Both the position numbers and the translations under genes were made by a program. From Candidatus Methylacidiphilales bacterium (GTDB lineage Bacteria; Verrucomicrobiota; Verrucomicrobiia; Methylacidiphilales; Verrucolacustridaceae): 64,000 nt of DNA. A model generated the notes under the pieces. That model saw only the letters and a list, made by a program, of their open reading frames with translations. It was not told where the DNA came from and searched no databases. The DNA lies in contig JBIKNP010000009.1 of the NCBI GenBank assembly GCA_044358595.1, positions 8,433 to 72,432 of the forward strand. The letters are read 5' to 3'. Shown in pieces: positions 9,747-21,000 of the stretch. Each line of letters opens with the position of its first letter. Within the stretch, counting starts at the first letter, position 1.

Positions 9747-10634
9747 TTGGGCTCTTTTTCGTCCCCAAGTTTGGCGGACTCATTTCGGTCGGCGAAGGCG
9801 ATCACGCGCACGCACGCACGCACCTTTTATTTCGCATCCCATGTTTTGGCGGAGTCCATCCGTCGGGATGCTTACGCTGTGTACGCATGCTGTCGTTCGA
9901 TTGATGATGCAGTGGATCAGGTTGCTGCGAGGGGAGAGGCTGTGCGACCTGAAGTAGCAGGGGAGATGTTAGTGAGGGCGTTTGAATCGGGAGGGGATCA
10001 GTCTGGTGAAGAGTGGATGCCTGCATTTCGAGATACAGTCAGCCGAAAGAAAATCCGAAGAATGTGGTTTGAGGATTTGGCGATCGGGGTCGCGGGGGAC
10101 GCGGGACCTGTCAATTTGCAGACTTGGGAAGAGTTGGATCGCTACTGTTATCGTGTTGCAGGAACAGTGGGATTGATGATGATGAGAGTCTTTGGATCTG
10201 AAGATCCTCAAGCAGAACCTAGGGCCTTGGACTTAGGAAGAGGAATGCAGTTGACGAATATTCTAAGAGACGTGGCGGAGGATGCTAGGGCGAGGAGAAT
10301 TTACCTTCCTGCACGCGAAAGAGAGAAGTATGGGGTACGTGCTGAAGACCTTCTTATGGGGAGGATGTCTGGGCATTGGGCTGAATTCATGCAGTTTCAA
10401 GTTTCACGAGCGAGGGAGCAGTATCGATTGGCTGAGCCTGGTATTGCTTTGTTGCCGAAAGGCGGACCTCAAATGTCAGTTTGGTTTATGAGAGAGTTAT
10501 ATGCTGGAATTTTGGATCCGATTGAGGCTTCTAGATACGACGTATTTCGGAAAAGGCACTCTCTTTCCATGGGGCAAAAACTGGTGCGGGCGTTGGGAAT
10601 CTGGTGGAAAAGAAGAAGCGGTTGTTGGTCGTAA
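9747..10634 (+). CDS. crtB: phytoene/squalene synthase family, probably phytoene synthase
   Basis: TFYFAS, YACCRSIDDAVD, YCYRVAGTVG, MQLTNILRDVAEDARARRIYLP; follows a GGPPS-like gene while HpnC/HpnD lie elsewhere in the window. Confidence 0.8.
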   Translation: MGSFSSPSLADSFRSAKAITRTHARTFYFASHVLAESIRRDAYAVYACCRSIDDAVDQVAARGEAVRPEVAGEMLVRAFESGGDQSGEEWMPAFRDTVSRKKIRRMWFEDLAIGVAGDAGPVNLQTWEELDRYCYRVAGTVGLMMMRVFGSEDPQAEPRALDLGRGMQLTNILRDVAEDARARRIYLPAREREKYGVRAEDLLMGRMSGHWAEFMQFQVSRAREQYRLAEPGIALLPKGGPQMSVWFMRELYAGILDPIEASRYDVFRKRHSLSMGQKLVRALGIWWKRRSGCWS

Positions 10635-10640
10635 TTCCTT

Positions 10641-11357
10641 TTAAATTCCGTGAGTAATTCGGGCGGCAATAAAGAGGCCGCTCATGAGTCCTAAAGTAAT
10701 GGCAGGGCGAGGGTCGGCTCGTTGAGCAGGCTTGGCATAGACTGGGGTGACCCAAGCCATCAAGGCGCTGAAAATGAACCATGAAAAAAAGTTTTGTGGA
10801 GGGACAATATTTCCAGCCCAGTGCCAGTAACCGCGAATGGCGTAGGCAAAAGGTTCCATAAGAAAATCGAAAATCATGGCAAATGCGCCGGTGGCGATCG
10901 CAATCGGTGCGCGGGAACCATCACGCCAGTACTGGCTTAAGCTAAGATTTGCACCTGCCACGACGGTGAACCATGCCAATGGGATTGCTAGAGGCAGAAC
11001 TCCGCCCATGCGGGGGCCGAAGGCATCGGTGTAGGAGTAGGATCCGAATGGAATCCCACTCATAGTTCCTACTGTTTCAAGTAGTGCAGAGGAAATGAGG
11101 ATAGCAGCCGCCGTGATGCGGGCACGTCGCAGGCCCAATCGATCGACAGCCGAGAAGTAGACGTGGCTTGCAGCAAGAAGCATGGAAATAAAGTCACCAT
11201 TCCGAAGGCAAAAAGTAGTGAAAAGAATTAACCAGGAGGGCAGAGGAAGAGTTGCGGCCCAAGCTGGAGTCAGGCGAAAGGTCACAGCCAGAAGACCGAT
11301 TCCGGCCCAAATGAGGAAGAATTTCCAGAGCCATTCGCGAAGGCGTGCTGAGATCAC
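10641..11357 (-). CDS. cruF: carotenoid biosynthesis membrane protein, CruF/DUF422 family (1,2-hydratase-like)
   Basis: ETVGTMSGIPFGSYSYTDAFGPRMGGVLPLAIPLAW, DFLMEP, YWHW, PPQNFFSW; start probably GTG 11357. Confidence 0.75.
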   Translation of the reverse strand: MISARLREWLWKFFLIWAGIGLLAVTFRLTPAWAATLPLPSWLILFTTFCLRNGDFISMLLAASHVYFSAVDRLGLRRARITAAAILISSALLETVGTMSGIPFGSYSYTDAFGPRMGGVLPLAIPLAWFTVVAGANLSLSQYWRDGSRAPIAIATGAFAMIFDFLMEPFAYAIRGYWHWAGNIVPPQNFFSWFIFSALMAWVTPVYAKPAQRADPRPAITLGLMSGLFIAARITHGI

Positions 11358-11439
11358 CCCTTGAGGTAAGAGCAGGAAAGCTTCCGCGACAAGCTTCGGT
11401 CGGCGTTGACTCGGGGGCGATAGGGGACGAAAAAAGAAC

Positions 11440-12993
11440 ATGTTTGGAATTCCGACGATCGGCTGGCTCTGTGCGGGGTGCACGGGTTTGGGACTAACCA
11501 TGGGTTTTGCGCCATTCAGTCAACCTTTGGCTGGGTGGTTAGGATTAATTCCACTGGCGTATTATGGAGTTCGAGAGAGGCCAAACCTGAAGCAAAGCTT
11601 CATATTGGGTTGGTTTGCGGGTGTGACCCACTTTCTAACGACCTTCAGTTGGTTAACGACTGTTACCGTCGCGGGGTGGGTCCTTCTGTGTCTGTACATG
11701 GCGATCTATCCGGCGCTTTGGTTTGTCCTCTGGGTTCGGTTTGCAGGTGCCGATGCGGAGCGGATGACGAGCGCCGGAAATATCCGGCATGTGTTTCTCG
11801 GGGCCTCGGCTTGGGTCCTAACCGAGTGGCTTCGGGGGATCGTTTTTAGCGGATTTGGTTGGAACGGATTGGGGGTATCCCAAGGAAACCTTCTCCTTTT
11901 GGCACAGGTTGCGGATTTGGGGGGAGTTCCGCTGATATCTTGGGTAGTTGCGTTTGGAGGGTTGACGTTGACGCTAACAGCAAGGCGTTTTGAACTGGAA
12001 ATTCGGGGGATGCAGAAGTGGAAACCGCGTTGGGACTTTACGGCTGGGTTTTTTGTTTTGGGGCTGACGATGGTTTATGGAGCGCGAGGAATCCTACGGA
12101 CGGATGAGAAGCCTTTTGTAACGTTGCGATACGCTGCGATTCAGCCTGCTGTTGCACAAGATCCGTGGCGATCTGCCAAGATGGTCAAAGTCGCGGAGGA
12201 GTTAACGCGTTGGTCGGAGATTGTGCTCGTTGGAGGAGGCCCAGTTGATCTTTTGGTTTGGCCAGAGAGTTTGGCAGGGACGGGATGGAGGGAGGAACCC
12301 GCATTTCAAACCGCTGTTCAAAAAGCTCGTCAGTGGGGAGCAAGAAGCTTGCTAGCAGGTTCGCTGGATATTCGTGGTACAGAAACATTTAACAGTGCGG
12401 TGCTTTTTACAGGCGAGGAGGGTCGACCGCCGCAAGTTTACGACAAATCTCACCTTGTGATCATGGGTGAGTATGTTCCCCTAGCGGATATTTTTCCTTG
12501 GCTAAGAAAGTTGGTTCCACCAGGTGGAGATTTAACAGCGGGGAAAACTCCAGGAGTTCTGGAATTGGCGGAACGAGGAGTGCGAGTTGCCCCTTTGATC
12601 TGCTTTGAAGATTCGGTAGCAAGGCTAGTTCGGCGTGCTGCCATTCAGCTTCCTCACCTTTTAGTGAATGTAACGAATGATGCGTGGTTTGGTAGTTCGG
12701 CGGGAGCAAGACAACATCTGGAAAACGCACGATTTCGTGCAATCGAGACTCGGTTGCCTCTTCTCAGGGCTACGAACGATGGTGTGACAGCTTTGATCCA
12801 TCCTCGGGGCATAATCCTAGCTGAAGTATGGGACAAAGAGAGAAAGTCATACCAACCTCCAGGGTTTATTTCTGGCGAATTGGAGTTAGGTGAGCCTAAG
12901 GCCACCTTTTATACTCGTTGGGGGGATTGGATGGTTTGGGTATCCATGGGGTTGGTTTTTGTGGGGCTGATCCGGTTCCGGGATGTCGCTTGA
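11440..12993 (+). CDS. lnt: apolipoprotein N-acyltransferase
   Basis: Multi-TM N-terminus, LVWPES, YDKSHLVIMGEYVP, PLICFED, NVTNDAWFG, RAIETR..LRATNDG. Confidence 0.95.
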   Translation: MFGIPTIGWLCAGCTGLGLTMGFAPFSQPLAGWLGLIPLAYYGVRERPNLKQSFILGWFAGVTHFLTTFSWLTTVTVAGWVLLCLYMAIYPALWFVLWVRFAGADAERMTSAGNIRHVFLGASAWVLTEWLRGIVFSGFGWNGLGVSQGNLLLLAQVADLGGVPLISWVVAFGGLTLTLTARRFELEIRGMQKWKPRWDFTAGFFVLGLTMVYGARGILRTDEKPFVTLRYAAIQPAVAQDPWRSAKMVKVAEELTRWSEIVLVGGGPVDLLVWPESLAGTGWREEPAFQTAVQKARQWGARSLLAGSLDIRGTETFNSAVLFTGEEGRPPQVYDKSHLVIMGEYVPLADIFPWLRKLVPPGGDLTAGKTPGVLELAERGVRVAPLICFEDSVARLVRRAAIQLPHLLVNVTNDAWFGSSAGARQHLENARFRAIETRLPLLRATNDGVTALIHPRGIILAEVWDKERKSYQPPGFISGELELGEPKATFYTRWGDWMVWVSMGLVFVGLIRFRDVA

Positions 12994-13027
12994 GCCATCG
13001 GGTATTTTCGGGCATTTTGAAGGAGTT

Positions 13028-14159
13028 ATGACTTTACCGACCGAAACAATCGATTTCACCTCCGTGAACTCCCGCTTGCGGGAGTTACGGAGGTTTCTTT
13101 GACCCGGCAAAACTCGATTCGCAACTGAAGGAGTTTGAGGGGCGGATGTCGGCCCCAGATTTTTGGAACGACTCGACGAAAGCCCAAAAGATCGCCGCTG
13201 AGGCTAACGCCTTGCGGAAAAAACTGGATCAGATGAAGGAGTTGGAGCGAAAGGTCGCTGATTTGCCGGTGCATCAAGAGTTAGCGGAGGAAGATGGAAG
13301 TCCGACTGCTCAGGCCGATTATGCGCGGGAACTGCGTGAGGGTATTGCGATGCTCGAGCAGACCGAGGTTCAATTCATTCTTTCGCAACCGGATGATCGT
13401 CGAAATGCGATTTTGAGTCTCAATGCTGGGGCAGGGGGAACTGAGGCGTGTGATTGGGCGAATATTCTGATGCGTATGTATCAGAGGTGGGCGGAGCGAC
13501 GCGGGTTTAAGGTCGAGGTGCTGGATATTCTTTCAGGGGAGGAGGCTGGTATTAAAAACGCCATGTTGAGAATTTCGGGTGAAAACGCATATGGATATTT
13601 AAAAGCTGACCGAGGTGTGCATCGTCTGGTTCGCATTTCCCCATTCAATTCGCAGGGAAAGAGACAAACCTCGTTCGCGTCGGCCGAGATTGTACCTGAA
13701 CCGGATGAAGAGGTGGAGGTAGAGATTCCCGATAAAGATTTGCGAGTGGATGTCTTTCGTGCGGGGGGTCACGGCGGGCAAGGGGTGAACACGACTGATT
13801 CGGCAGTCCGCATTACCCACTTTCCAACAGGCTTGGTGGTGACCTGTCAGAATGAGAGATCCCAGATTAAGAATCGGGCCACGGCAATGAAGGTTCTGGC
13901 CGCGAGGATCAAGCAGGCTGAGCTGGATAAGAAAATGGCCGAACAGGAGCAGAATTACGCGGCAAAAGGTCAGATTGGGTGGGGTCACCAGATCCGTTCC
14001 TATGTTCTGCAGCCGTATCAGATGGTGAAGGATCTGCGGACGGGGGAGCAAACGAGTGATGTGCAGGCGGTGTTAGACGGAGAGATTGACCCATTTCTGA
14101 ATGCCTTTCTGAAGGGTAAAAAAAGAACGGGTCCAGTTGAAGAGGAGGAGGACGAATGA
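13028..14159 (+). CDS. prfB: peptide chain release factor 2, translated via programmed +1 frameshift
   Basis: ATG 13028 gives MTLPTETIDFTSVNSRLRELRRFL then TGA; +1 frame continues DPAKLDSQLKEFEGRMSAPDFWND; SPF tripeptide and GGQ motif. Confidence 0.97.
13088..13103 (+). promoter_or_regulatory. RF2 autoregulatory +1 frameshift site
   Basis: CGGAGG TTT CTT TGA C: internal SD-like GGAGG, then CTT-TGA-C slippery stop at codon 25. Confidence 0.95.
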
Positions 14160-14938
14160 GCACGGGAAAAGACCGTTTGGCGGCAATTCTCAGCAACAAA
14201 CGAAAAGAGGCGGAAGCCATTGAGGGAAAAAAGTCTGAACTCCGAAAGCAGGCTCTTTTGCGAAACGATTTCCGTGGATTTCGTTCGAATTTATTCCAAC
14301 CGGGGATCGTCACGGTGATTGCCGAATGCAAGGCAGCCTCACCGACAGCGGGGACTATTGTGGGAAAGTATGATCCGGTGGCTCAAGCCAAGTTGTATGA
14401 GCAGGGAGGAGCCGGGGCGGTTTCAGTTCTGACTGATCAGGAGTATTTTAAGGGCTGTATGTCGGATATGAAAAAAGTGAGAGAGGAAATTTCCCTTCCT
14501 GTCTTGCGGAAGGACTTCATTCTTACTGAGGCTCAGGTTTATGAAAGTGTGGCTTCGGGGGCGGATGCCTTTCTTCTCATTGTGGCGGCGTTGACGGATG
14601 AGGAGTTGAAAAGGCTCTATCAACTAGGGAGAACCCTGCAGTCGGATGTTTTGGTCGAGGTGCATGACTTGGCAGAAATGGATCGAGCCCTGGAGATCGA
14701 TGCGGATATAATTGGGATCAATAACCGAAACTTGCATACTTTTGAGGTGGATTTGAAAACAACAGCGGAGTTGGCACAGGAAATCCCTTCGGATTGTCTT
14801 GGAATCAGTGAAAGTGGGATTCGAAGTAGGGAAGATGTGAAAGCGGTTGTGGCAGAAGGGATTCACTGTGTTCTTGTGGGAGAGACGCTGATGAGGGATG
14901 GGGATCCCGTAAACGCCCTAAGGAATCTGAGGGGGTAG
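14156..14938 (+). CDS. trpC: indole-3-glycerol phosphate synthase
   Basis: VIAECKAASP, SVLTDQEYF, PVLRKDFI, VLVEVHD, IGINNRNL, SESGI, LVGETLMR. Confidence 0.96.
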   Translation: MSTGKDRLAAILSNKRKEAEAIEGKKSELRKQALLRNDFRGFRSNLFQPGIVTVIAECKAASPTAGTIVGKYDPVAQAKLYEQGGAGAVSVLTDQEYFKGCMSDMKKVREEISLPVLRKDFILTEAQVYESVASGADAFLLIVAALTDEELKRLYQLGRTLQSDVLVEVHDLAEMDRALEIDADIIGINNRNLHTFEVDLKTTAELAQEIPSDCLGISESGIRSREDVKAVVAEGIHCVLVGETLMRDGDPVNALRNLRG

Positions 14939-15003
14939 CCTTACTACTTTCCTAGGAATGTAGGAAGGTTTCTCATCGGGGGATTTTGAGGTAGAGTCCA
15001 AGT

Positions 15004-16212
15004 ATGGGAACAGTCATCGATTCCAAGGCTATGCCGGACGCTTCAGGTCACTTTGGGGCCTATGGGGGGAGGTATGTTCCAGAGACGCTTGTTGCCCCGC
15101 TCGAGGAGTTGGCGGCCGAATTTGCTCGCGCTCAGAAAGACCCCGCCTTTTTGCATGAACTTAAGGAAATGAGGCGTGATTTTACGGGTCGACCCACGCC
15201 CCTCTACTTTGCGGAACGACTAACCGAGCAGTGTGGCGGGGCAAAAATTTATCTAAAAAGGGAAGACCTGCTTCATACGGGAGCGCACAAGATCAACAAT
15301 GCACTTGGCCAAGTGATTCTGGCCCGTCGGATGGGCAAAAAACGGATTATTGCCGAGACGGGGGCTGGGCAGCACGGAGTCGCGACGGCCACCATGGCGG
15401 CACGGTATGGGATGGAGTGTATTATTTACATGGGGGAAGAGGACATGCGGAGACAGGCGCTGAATGTGACTCGAATGAGGCTTTTGGGGGCCAAGGTGGT
15501 GGGGGTAACGGCTGGTCAGAAAACATTGAAGGAAGCGGTGAACGAGGCGATGCGGGATTGGGTTACCAATGTTCGGACAACTCACTACGTCCTAGGCACA
15601 GCATATGGTGCGCATCCTTATCCGTACATGGTGCGGGAGTTTCATCGTGTGATTGGGGAAGAGGCCCGCGCGCAATTGATGCAGAGAGAGGAGAAGCTTC
15701 CTGATGTGATTTGTGCATGTGTGGGTGGTGGCAGTAATGCGATTGGAATCTTTTATGCGTTCTTGAATGATTCGGGTGTCCGATTGGTAGGAGTTGAGGC
15801 GGGGGGTGAGGGAATTAAGCCTGGTAGACATGCAGCGCGCTTCCAAGGGGGGAAGCTTGGCGTATTACAAGGGTCTAAATCATTCCTGCTGCAAGATGCG
15901 GATGGCCAGATTGAGTCAACTCACTCGGTTTCAGCAGGTTTGGATTACGCGGCTGTGGGGCCCGAACATTGCCATTTAAGAGAGATTGGTCGTGCTGAGT
16001 ATACTTACGCGACAGATGATGAGGCGCTGAATGCTTTTTCTACCCTTGGAAAAATTGAGGGTATCTTGCCCGCGTTGGAGACGGCTCACGGCGTTGCCTT
16101 TGCCATGAAAGAGGCCCCACGCTTGAAGAGGGACCAGATTATTTTAGTGAATCTTTCAGGACGTGGGGACAAGGATGTGAACGAGGCAGCCCGATTTTTA
16201 CTGAAGGATTAA
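15004..16212 (+). CDS. trpB: tryptophan synthase beta chain
   Basis: [52 protein letters not shown]. Confidence 0.98.
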   Translation: MGTVIDSKAMPDASGHFGAYGGRYVPETLVAPLEELAAEFARAQKDPAFLHELKEMRRDFTGRPTPLYFAERLTEQCGGAKIYLKREDLLHTGAHKINNALGQVILARRMGKKRIIAETGAGQHGVATATMAARYGMECIIYMGEEDMRRQALNVTRMRLLGAKVVGVTAGQKTLKEAVNEAMRDWVTNVRTTHYVLGTAYGAHPYPYMVREFHRVIGEEARAQLMQREEKLPDVICACVGGGSNAIGIFYAFLNDSGVRLVGVEAGGEGIKPGRHAARFQGGKLGVLQGSKSFLLQDADGQIESTHSVSAGLDYAAVGPEHCHLREIGRAEYTYATDDEALNAFSTLGKIEGILPALETAHGVAFAMKEAPRLKRDQIILVNLSGRGDKDVNEAARFLLKD

Positions 16213-16229
16213 AAAACTAGATTTGGAAC

Positions 16230-17174
16230 TTACAAGATTCCTAATTGGTGTGAGGCAAAAATGAATCGGGTTGTGATGAGTTTTGCCATTTTATGACCTC
16301 GGGCAGAAAACTTTGCGAGGGTAGGTGCGTTGGTGACTGGGATGGTGAGAGTTAGAAGAACAGCATCGCGGTAATCTTGCCAAGCTTCGTGAGATGGATA
16401 GTTCCATGCTTTGTGTCGAAGAAGTTCACGGTGCCAGAGGTTAAATAGCTCCACATGTTGCCTTAAGGTAAGGGGGTTTCGTGAGCTGCCTCCGGCGAGC
16501 CGAGCGAGGTCAAAGGCTGGGCATCCGACAAACGAGAGGCCCCAATCGATAAAGCGAACTGTTTTTTTCTGAAAGAAAATGTTGTCGGATCGGAGATCCC
16601 CATGAACGAGAGTGAAAGGGCATTTCTTTAGACGTGCCAGAACGGAAGGGACGCGATCGGGTAGTGTGGAGAAGAGATCCTTATTTTCGTCTGAAAGATT
16701 GGCCCAGTGCAGGAATCGGGGAAGGTTCTGTTTCAACTCATGGGCGCGCATGTATTGATGCAGGGGCAAGCCCTTGGCTTTTTTTAGAGTGGGGGAGTTC
16801 CAGAAATGTGAATGGACTTGGGCTATGGCGAGTACGGCGGAGCGTAAATCTTTCCATTCAAGTCCACGGATCTGATCGATATTTCGTGCGTTTTTTATCT
16901 CCTCCATCAAAAGGAGACCATCCGATCCGTGATCCGCAGTGGTTCCGTAATACAAGCGGGGGGAGCGCTTTTCGCGGAGAGGGGTGAGCAGGTGGTATGC
17001 CGCAAGTTCTCGATCAAAAACATGAAGTTCTTTGGCCCACCGTTTCCGTTCTGCAATATTGGTTCCGACCTTTAGAATGTAACCTTTAGGATCACCCGTG
17101 CGGGTTGCATAAAAAGTCTGGCTTAGAAAACCAAGCGAACGTGTCGGCCGAAGAGCAAAGCGGGAACTTTTCAA
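16230..17174 (-). CDS. APH/choline-kinase-like phosphotransferase (EcKL/DUF227-like)
   Basis: YILK, RELAAY, LLMEE, TLVHGDLRSDNIFF, FIDWG, PAFDLA. Confidence 0.75.
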   Translation of the reverse strand: MKSSRFALRPTRSLGFLSQTFYATRTGDPKGYILKVGTNIAERKRWAKELHVFDRELAAYHLLTPLREKRSPRLYYGTTADHGSDGLLLMEEIKNARNIDQIRGLEWKDLRSAVLAIAQVHSHFWNSPTLKKAKGLPLHQYMRAHELKQNLPRFLHWANLSDENKDLFSTLPDRVPSVLARLKKCPFTLVHGDLRSDNIFFQKKTVRFIDWGLSFVGCPAFDLARLAGGSSRNPLTLRQHVELFNLWHRELLRHKAWNYPSHEAWQDYRDAVLLTLTIPVTNAPTLAKFSARGHKMAKLITTRFIFASHQLGIL

Positions 17175-18016
17175 GGATGGGACTGTGGGATTCGCAAGAC
17201 TTGGCCTGGGCGAATCACAGAGCTTTTCGGGATTTGGTTTAGTGTACGAATCTGCTCTGCTGTGGCAGAGACACCTTGTTTCTCCAGCTCACGGGAGATC
17301 TGAATCAGGGTATCGCCTTGCTTTACAGTGTACGTTGCTGGCGGATTCTTTTGAAGGGAGGGCGGTGGTGTTGTCTTGAGGGTTCTTTTACCAAGGAGTT
17401 TACGAAGCTGTTCGGAGGGGGAAGCAAAGTTTAATGCCTGTCCATCTTGCAGGAGAAAGGATGCAACACCAATCACGCGACCTTGGGAGTCCAGGACAGG
17501 GGACCCGCTTGAACCTTGAGATATTGGGGCGCTGATTTGAAGTACATCGCGCTTCTCCTTTGGTAGGCGCCGCCGGGCGGATACGATGCCTTCGGTCAGG
17601 GTTCCCTCTAGCCCTAAAGGGCTTCCGATAATTGCAATACGGGTTCCCGCCTCAGCCGATCCATCAGGTGCAAGGGTAAGAAAAGGTAAGTCTTTTGCAT
17701 CGAATTGAATGAGTGCGAGGTCGTTTCTAGGGTCAGTAGCAATAATTCGTGTAACGGGAAATAGGCCTCCATTTTCTGCTTTTGCAATGATGGTGTGAGC
17801 TTCAGCAACGACATGCTGATTGGTGACAAGAAGTCCGTCAGAGGAAACTAAAAAACCTGTTCCTGCGCCGATGGTTTTTCCGTCCTCATCTTGAAGTACA
17901 AGTAGGTAGACCGCAGGGCGAGTTTGCTTAGCCAATGCACGAAGGTCAGGTGCCTCATTGGCGGCGTTTAGGCCGAGGGAAGCCGAGAGGAGTAGGGCAA
18001 GCAGCAAGCGGTACAT
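17171..18016 (-). CDS. secreted trypsin-like (S1) serine protease with C-terminal LysM domain
   Basis: Signal peptide; GTGF, TNQHV (His), NDLALI (Asp), ISQGSSGSPV (Ser); YTVKQGDTLIQIS..LNQI..IRPGQVLRIP LysM. Confidence 0.9.
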   Translation of the reverse strand: MYRLLLALLLSASLGLNAANEAPDLRALAKQTRPAVYLLVLQDEDGKTIGAGTGFLVSSDGLLVTNQHVVAEAHTIIAKAENGGLFPVTRIIATDPRNDLALIQFDAKDLPFLTLAPDGSAEAGTRIAIIGSPLGLEGTLTEGIVSARRRLPKEKRDVLQISAPISQGSSGSPVLDSQGRVIGVASFLLQDGQALNFASPSEQLRKLLGKRTLKTTPPPSLQKNPPATYTVKQGDTLIQISRELEKQGVSATAEQIRTLNQIPKSSVIRPGQVLRIPQSHP

Positions 18017-18097
18017 ACATGTGAGTTAAGAGAATTTCTGTAAAGAGGCGAGTTCTTGTCGGTGGGGAGAGATTGCGGCAACGGGGGGTCATGAGGC

Positions 18098-21000
18098 ATG
18101 ATGGAGAAGATGAAGTTTGGAGGTTTTTTTAAATTTATTGGGACGGTAATTCTTGGGCTTTTTGGGGTAATCTTTACGCTACTTTTCGAGCCTAACGTAT
18201 TTCGGGGGGTGACCCTCCCTTTGGCAGCTCGTGCGGTGGGTTGGAAAGCAAGAGCGGAATCGGCTCGCCTCACCCCTTTGGGCAAACTCCAGATCGAGGG
18301 AATGGAGTTAGTGAACCCTGCGAAGTCTCGTGTTGATCTTGATTCGGCACTGGTTCTTCTGGATTTGGAGAGCTTGCTGACGGGAAAACCTGAAATTATT
18401 GAGGCGGATTTTAAGTTTGGGTTGATTGATCTTGAGTGGGATGAGAGTTCTGCAAGCCAATCTTTACCTGAAATTCCCTTCACTTTACGGGAAGCAAATC
18501 TTGAAATTATTGAGGGCAGAATACGAAAAGGACCAGGAGCTTGGATTCTTGGCAGGGTCAAAGTGCAGGCAAAGGGGTGGGATGGTCAATCACCCCGTGA
18601 TATTCAGGGAAAGATCGAAAAACTTTCTTGGAACGGGCGCGGCCAAGAGGAGTTGACTGGCTCGGCAGGGCTTCAGGCACAGAAAAGTGTCGGGGTAGGG
18701 AAGTTGGCCCTTTGGGAGGGGAAGCTAACCGTAGATTTAAACACCGTAGTGGATTTCCCTCCTGTGGAGATGGTGGCTCCGTGCCGGCTGGTCTTGCAGG
18801 GGCAAATCAGTAGTTCCCCAGAAGGTGATTGGAAAATGGAAAAGATGCACGGCGCTTGGGAGGGAGTGGGAGGGGTAAAGGTGGCGACCTCTGCGATCGG
18901 GCAATGGAATCGGGTCGGGGATTGGGGTGTGGATCTTTCACTGGATCCTGTGGATTTAGACGTGGTGGGGGTTCTATTCCAAAGTCGGGGGGTGAAATCG
19001 GTTGAGGGAAATCTTGGGGGTGTGATTCACCTAGAGGGAGGAGATCGTAAGCCCGTTCAAGGTAGGGCAAAATTGCAGGGACAAGGGGTGCAGATTGTGT
19101 CGGGCTTAGGTCTGTTATGGCCCGCGCGTCCTGCTGAATTTGCGGGAAGTGTTGAAGGTGCCTGGACATCAGAAGGTAAAAATCTTCGGATCAAAAACTT
19201 TCAGGTCGAACTCGGACAAAAAGGGGGTACTAGAGATTTACAGGCGAGCTTGGATCGTCCTGCAGAGTTTTGTTTTCAGGGTGCTCTTCCGAAGTCAACT
19301 GAGACTGCGACTTTGCAGTGGGCTTCTCAAGGAATGGAGTTAGCTGCGGTCGTCCCACTCTTTGTGTCGCCTAAAAATCTAAAAGTCCAAGGTGGGCAAC
19401 TTTCTGCGAAAGGAGAGGCAAAGATTCAGGGCGGAAGTATTCAAGTGGCCGGGAGTATTACGAGCCGTGCGATGCGTGCTAGTGGAGATTGGATTCAGGG
19501 GGATCTGCAGGGGGAGTCTCTTGGAGTGCAGTTTCGAGGTATTTTCGAGGAAGGAAAAAAAATTCGTTTAGAGGAAGCAGATTTTCAGGCGGCTTGGGCG
19601 GGGGGTGAGGCTCAGGATTTAAAAGGAAAAGTAACGGCCGAGTGGGATGTATCAAAGCGCGAGGGTTGGGTGATCGCCGATGGGGAGGGGGGATTGGCAG
19701 GCTTAGGCCAAGCGTGGTCGGGTGCAAAACTTTGGCCCGATTCAGGGCAAGTGAAGTTGCATTTGGAGTTCTCTGGGAATCTACAGGATCAGGGAAAGGG
19801 GTTGGTATCTCTGTCCTTAGACAATATGCATTGGGCTGGAGAGGTAGCGACCCCTTGGCGAGCGAGAGTGTCGTCTGAAGTGATCCATCAAGCTGGGCAG
19901 TGGAGGTTGCCTGAATTTCTTGGGCAGGCGGATCGAGGAGGCCAGGTTTTACTCAATAGCAAGGGGGTTGTGGAGTGGACACCGTCCAAGGGAGAGGGCA
20001 AGGGAGATTTGGAAATTATGAGGGTTGAGTCGTCGTGTCTCGTGCCGATTCTAGGTTTGGTAACTCCCAACTGGAAATGGCAGGCGGCGGCGGGTTCGGG
20101 ATTTTTTCATTTTGAGAGGCAGGGGAGTCAGGATCGAGTGAGGGCGAAAATGGATGGAGCGATTACGGTGGAGACAGGGACTCCGGAGCAGTCGAGGTTG
20201 GTTGATTTTTCCTCAATTCAGGGTGGAGTTCAGGCTACTTGGCCTTCGGGAAGTTCAGGAAAGCTGTCTGTAGAGGAGTTGTCACTCCAAGCACGCCATC
20301 GAGATGGGAGTGACGCTTTGAAGGCCTCTTTAGATCAAGTTATGACTCTGGAAAAAGTAGGAAAAGGCGAGTGGCGACCTGGGGGGCAGGAGGTCGCAAC
20401 GGGTTCGGTTGAATACACAGGTTGGCCGATCGGTTTATTCGGGCCTCTTATTTTCCCGAATGCAAAAGAGACGTCCCTTATGGGAACCTCATCGGGTTTT
20501 GTGAAAGTACGATGTGATCCGAAAAAAGGAAAATTTGAAGGTGACGTAGAATTGGATATCCCAGATTTTACAATCGATCTACCTCGAATTCAGCTTCAAG
20601 AGAATCAAGTAAGACTTAAGGCGGGCCTCACGTTGGGAGATAGGGGGGAGGTGAATGTTCCTCGTGCGAGTCTTGATGTTCAGAAAGGCGGGAAAAGTTG
20701 GTTGAACTGCAGCGTACAGAGGGAGAACCGACCTGCCCTTTTGGTGAAGGGAACCGTTGACTTGGGTATATTGAAAAATGTTTGGGTGGGGATATCTGAA
20801 AACATTTCCGGTGGTTTGATGACTCTTCAGGCTGAGGTAGGGGATTTAAAGGAAGGGGGGCGAACGATTGGATATAGTGCGGTGATTCCCGATTTCTCGG
20901 GTGGGCCAGCGGGGCGAGGTGGTGTGACTGGGGCTGAGGTGCGCAGCCAAGGCATTTTGAGTTGGAATCAAGGTTGCCAAGCGATCAAGGAGGTGGAGTT

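Noticed and set aside
9804-9822. GCAC microsatellite as a phase-variation tract
   Set aside because: Short, and it encodes the ordinary RTHART segment near the crtB N-terminus
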